Of a stretch of 64,000 nt of DNA, positions 62,421 to 64,000 are shown piece after piece. Each line of letters opens with the position of its first letter. Positions within the stretch are counted from its first letter, which is position 1. Origin of the DNA: Betaproteobacteria bacterium (GTDB taxonomy: Bacteria > Pseudomonadota > Gammaproteobacteria > Burkholderiales > Rhodocyclaceae). The translations under genes and the position numbers were made by a program. Location of the stretch: assembly GCA_009782565.1 (NCBI GenBank), contig WRIU01000012.1:5070-69069 (forward strand), in the 5' to 3' direction. The notes beneath the pieces are model-generated. The model had not been told where the DNA came from and did not search any database. It saw only the letters and a program-made list of their open reading frames with translations.

Positions 62421-62449
62421 ATTATGAGGGAGGAAGACATGCTTGGCAA
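62421..62449 (-). promoter_or_regulatory. Putative sigma70 promoter of the tracrRNA.
   Basis: On the minus strand TTGCCA, a 17-nt spacer and CATAAT lie 7 nt before the first A of the anti-repeat. The -35 box lies inside cas9 codons 2-4 on the other strand. Confidence 0.4.
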
Positions 62450-64000
62450 GCCCACCGATCCGCTCACTTTTGGTTTCGACATTGGCATTGCCTCGGTCGG
62501 CTGGTGCGTACTCGGCGAAAAACATATCGTTGATCTTGGTGTGCGTTGCTTCGACAAGGCAGAAACTGCCAAGGAAGGCGAATCGCTCAATCTCGCCCGC
62601 CGTACCGCCCGCCTCATGCGGCGGCGTCTGCGTCGCCGCGCGTGGCGATTGACCAAACTGGCTCGCCTATTGAAACGCGAGGGGCTGATCGACAGCGTCC
62701 AAACCATACACCAACCTGCCGCAAAATCGCCGTGGCAGCTTCGTGTAGAGGGGCTGGATCGAAAGCTCGCGCCACAGGAATGGGCACAAGTTCTTTACCA
62801 CCTCTGCAAGCATCGCGGTTTTTACTGGATCAGCCGTGCGGAAGAAAAAAAAGCCGAAGCAGACGGGGAAGGCGGCAAGGTCAAGAAGGGTTTGCAGGAT
62901 ACCAAGCGCCGCATGAATGAAAAAAATTACCGAAGCGCGGCTGAAATGGTGCTGAAGGAATTTCCCGATGCACAGCGCAACAAGCAGGGTGAATACAGCA
63001 AGGCACTTTCCCGCCTTCTGCTTGCCGAAGAACTCGTCTTGCTGTTCAAGCGCCAGCGCGAATACGGTAACCCCCACGCAACGCCCGATCTCGAAACGCA
63101 CATTGTTGGATGCGGCGACCGCAAAAGCGGTTTGTTCTGGGAACAAAAACCGGCTCTATCCGGGGAAAAACTGCTGAAGATGCTTGGACGCTGCACTTTT
63201 GAAAAAAGCGAATACCGTGCTCCCAAGGCCAGTTTCACTGCCGAACGCCACGTCTGGCTGACACGCCTCAACAATCTGCGTATCGTCGTCGGTGGAAACG
63301 CACGTCCGCTCAATGAAGCCGAACGCAGCATTGCCTTGCCCCTACCCTATCAACAGGCCAGTGACTTTACTTATAAGCAGTTGAAAAGCGCCTTGTTCAA
63401 GGCGGGTTTATTGCCTGAAAACGTCAGATTCACCGGGCTGGCTTATCCAACACAGCAAACCGAAAACAAAGCCAAAGACCCGGAATCTGAACGGCTAGTC
63501 AAACTTCCCGCTTGGCAGGAACTACGCAAAACTCTTAAAGAAAAAGGGCTTGAAACCGAATGGCAAAGTATCGCCGGAGCCGCCGCCGGAGGACAACCCG
63601 AACTGCTCGACCAAATCGCCTGGACACTCAGTGTCTTCAAGGACGGCGATGAGGTTGAACGAGAATTACGCAAACTCTCCCTACCGGGTGGAGAAAAGAT
63701 GATCGAGGCACTCAGCGAAATCAGCTTCGACAAGTTTCACAATCTGTCTCTCAAGGCGCTCCGCAAGATCGTTCCTCACATGGAAGCCGGCTTGCGCTAT
63801 GACGAGGCATGCGAAAAAGCTGGTTATCATCACAGCCAGTTATTCAAAGCAGGAGAAGGCCAGTACAAATACCTGCCTCCTTTCTACTCTGGCCGTGATA
63901 AAGATGGCCGCATGGTATTTGATGACAAGGAGGACATTCCACGTAATCCGGTTGTTCTTCGTTCACTCAATCAAGCGCGCAAAGTGCTGAATGCGTTGGT
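62439..64000 (+). CDS. cas9: Type II-C CRISPR-associated endonuclease Cas9. Only the N-terminal ~520 aa are present, because the gene is truncated by the window end.
   Basis: Manual translation gives MLGKPTDPLTFGFDIGIASVGWCVLGE.. (RuvC-I). It also shows an Arg-rich bridge helix (RRTARLMRRRLRRRAWRL) and ends in ..IPRNPVVLRSLNQARKVLNAL just before RuvC-II. The frame is open from 62439 to the window end, and GAGGGAGGA precedes the ATG. Confidence 0.95.
   Translation, partial: MLGKPTDPLTFGFDIGIASVGWCVLGEKHIVDLGVRCFDKAETAKEGESLNLARRTARLMRRRLRRRAWRLTKLARLLKREGLIDSVQTIHQPAAKSPWQLRVEGLDRKLAPQEWAQVLYHLCKHRGFYWISRAEEKKAEADGEGGKVKKGLQDTKRRMNEKNYRSAAEMVLKEFPDAQRNKQGEYSKALSRLLLAEELVLLFKRQREYGNPHATPDLETHIVGCGDRKSGLFWEQKPALSGEKLLKMLGRCTFEKSEYRAPKASFTAERHVWLTRLNNLRIVVGGNARPLNEAERSIALPLPYQQASDFTYKQLKSALFKAGLLPENVRFTGLAYPTQQTENKAKDPESERLVKLPAWQELRKTLKEKGLETEWQSIAGAAAGGQPELLDQIAWTLSVFKDGDEVERELRKLSLPGGEKMIEALSEISFDKFHNLSLKALRKIVPHMEAGLRYDEACEKAGYHHSQLFKAGEGQYKYLPPFYSGRDKDGRMVFDDKEDIPRNPVVLRSLNQARKVLNAL

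Noticed and set aside
62278-62438. A CRISPR array or solitary repeat between tkt and cas9.
   Set aside because: Only one 36-nt repeat-like unit is present, with no spacer-repeat periodicity anywhere in the window. It is better explained as the tracrRNA anti-repeat.

Overview
The window looks like a 64 kb chromosomal segment of a moderately GC-rich proteobacterium. Synteny such as rplM-rpsI and dut-coaBC/radC-rpmB-rpmG suggests a betaproteobacterium, but that is inference only.

**Layout**
- **38-21504:** a nearly complete type VI secretion (T6SS) cluster in two divergent operons. The minus strand carries tssJ-K-L-M-F-G-clpV-ppkA-lipoprotein-fha-pppA-tagF-tssE and the plus strand carries tssA-B-C. 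No hcp, vgrG, PAAR or effector genes lie in the window.
- **21.6-36.6 kb:** housekeeping genes. These are a DHH phosphoesterase, nudC, an alpha/beta hydrolase, queD, an XRE regulator, rsmB, DUF3108, purN, tRNA-Lys(CUU), rpsI-rplM, an MCP, rppH, proS, a lytic transglycosylase and a parA-like gene.
- **36.8-39.1 kb:** maeB.
- **39.1-50.4 kb:** an 11.3 kb block holding a CoA pyrophosphatase, a retropepsin-like protease, fimT, pilY1, pilE, Wolinella-type frdCAB and a PEP-CTERM protein. It is bracketed by a 188-bp inverted duplication of the maeB 3' end.
- **50.4-51.5 kb:** a scar of gene fragments.
- **51.5-62.3 kb:** monomeric icd, a NUDIX hydrolase, dut, coaBC, radC, rpmB, rpmG, rsmE, higBA, an IMPase-family gene and tkt.

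**Most notable region**
The right edge (62.3-64.0 kb) holds a type II-C cas9 that runs off the window and is therefore missing from the ORF track. A divergently encoded, Neisseria-like tracrRNA candidate lies immediately upstream. No CRISPR array, cas1 or cas2 is visible inside the window.

**Limits**
I found no system I could defend as wholly undescribed. The items most worth follow-up are:
- the tracrRNA/cas9 pair
- the inverted maeB duplication and its adjacent scar
- a tRNA-like mini-element in front of purN
- the uncharacterised lipoprotein inside the T6SS kinase/phosphatase module
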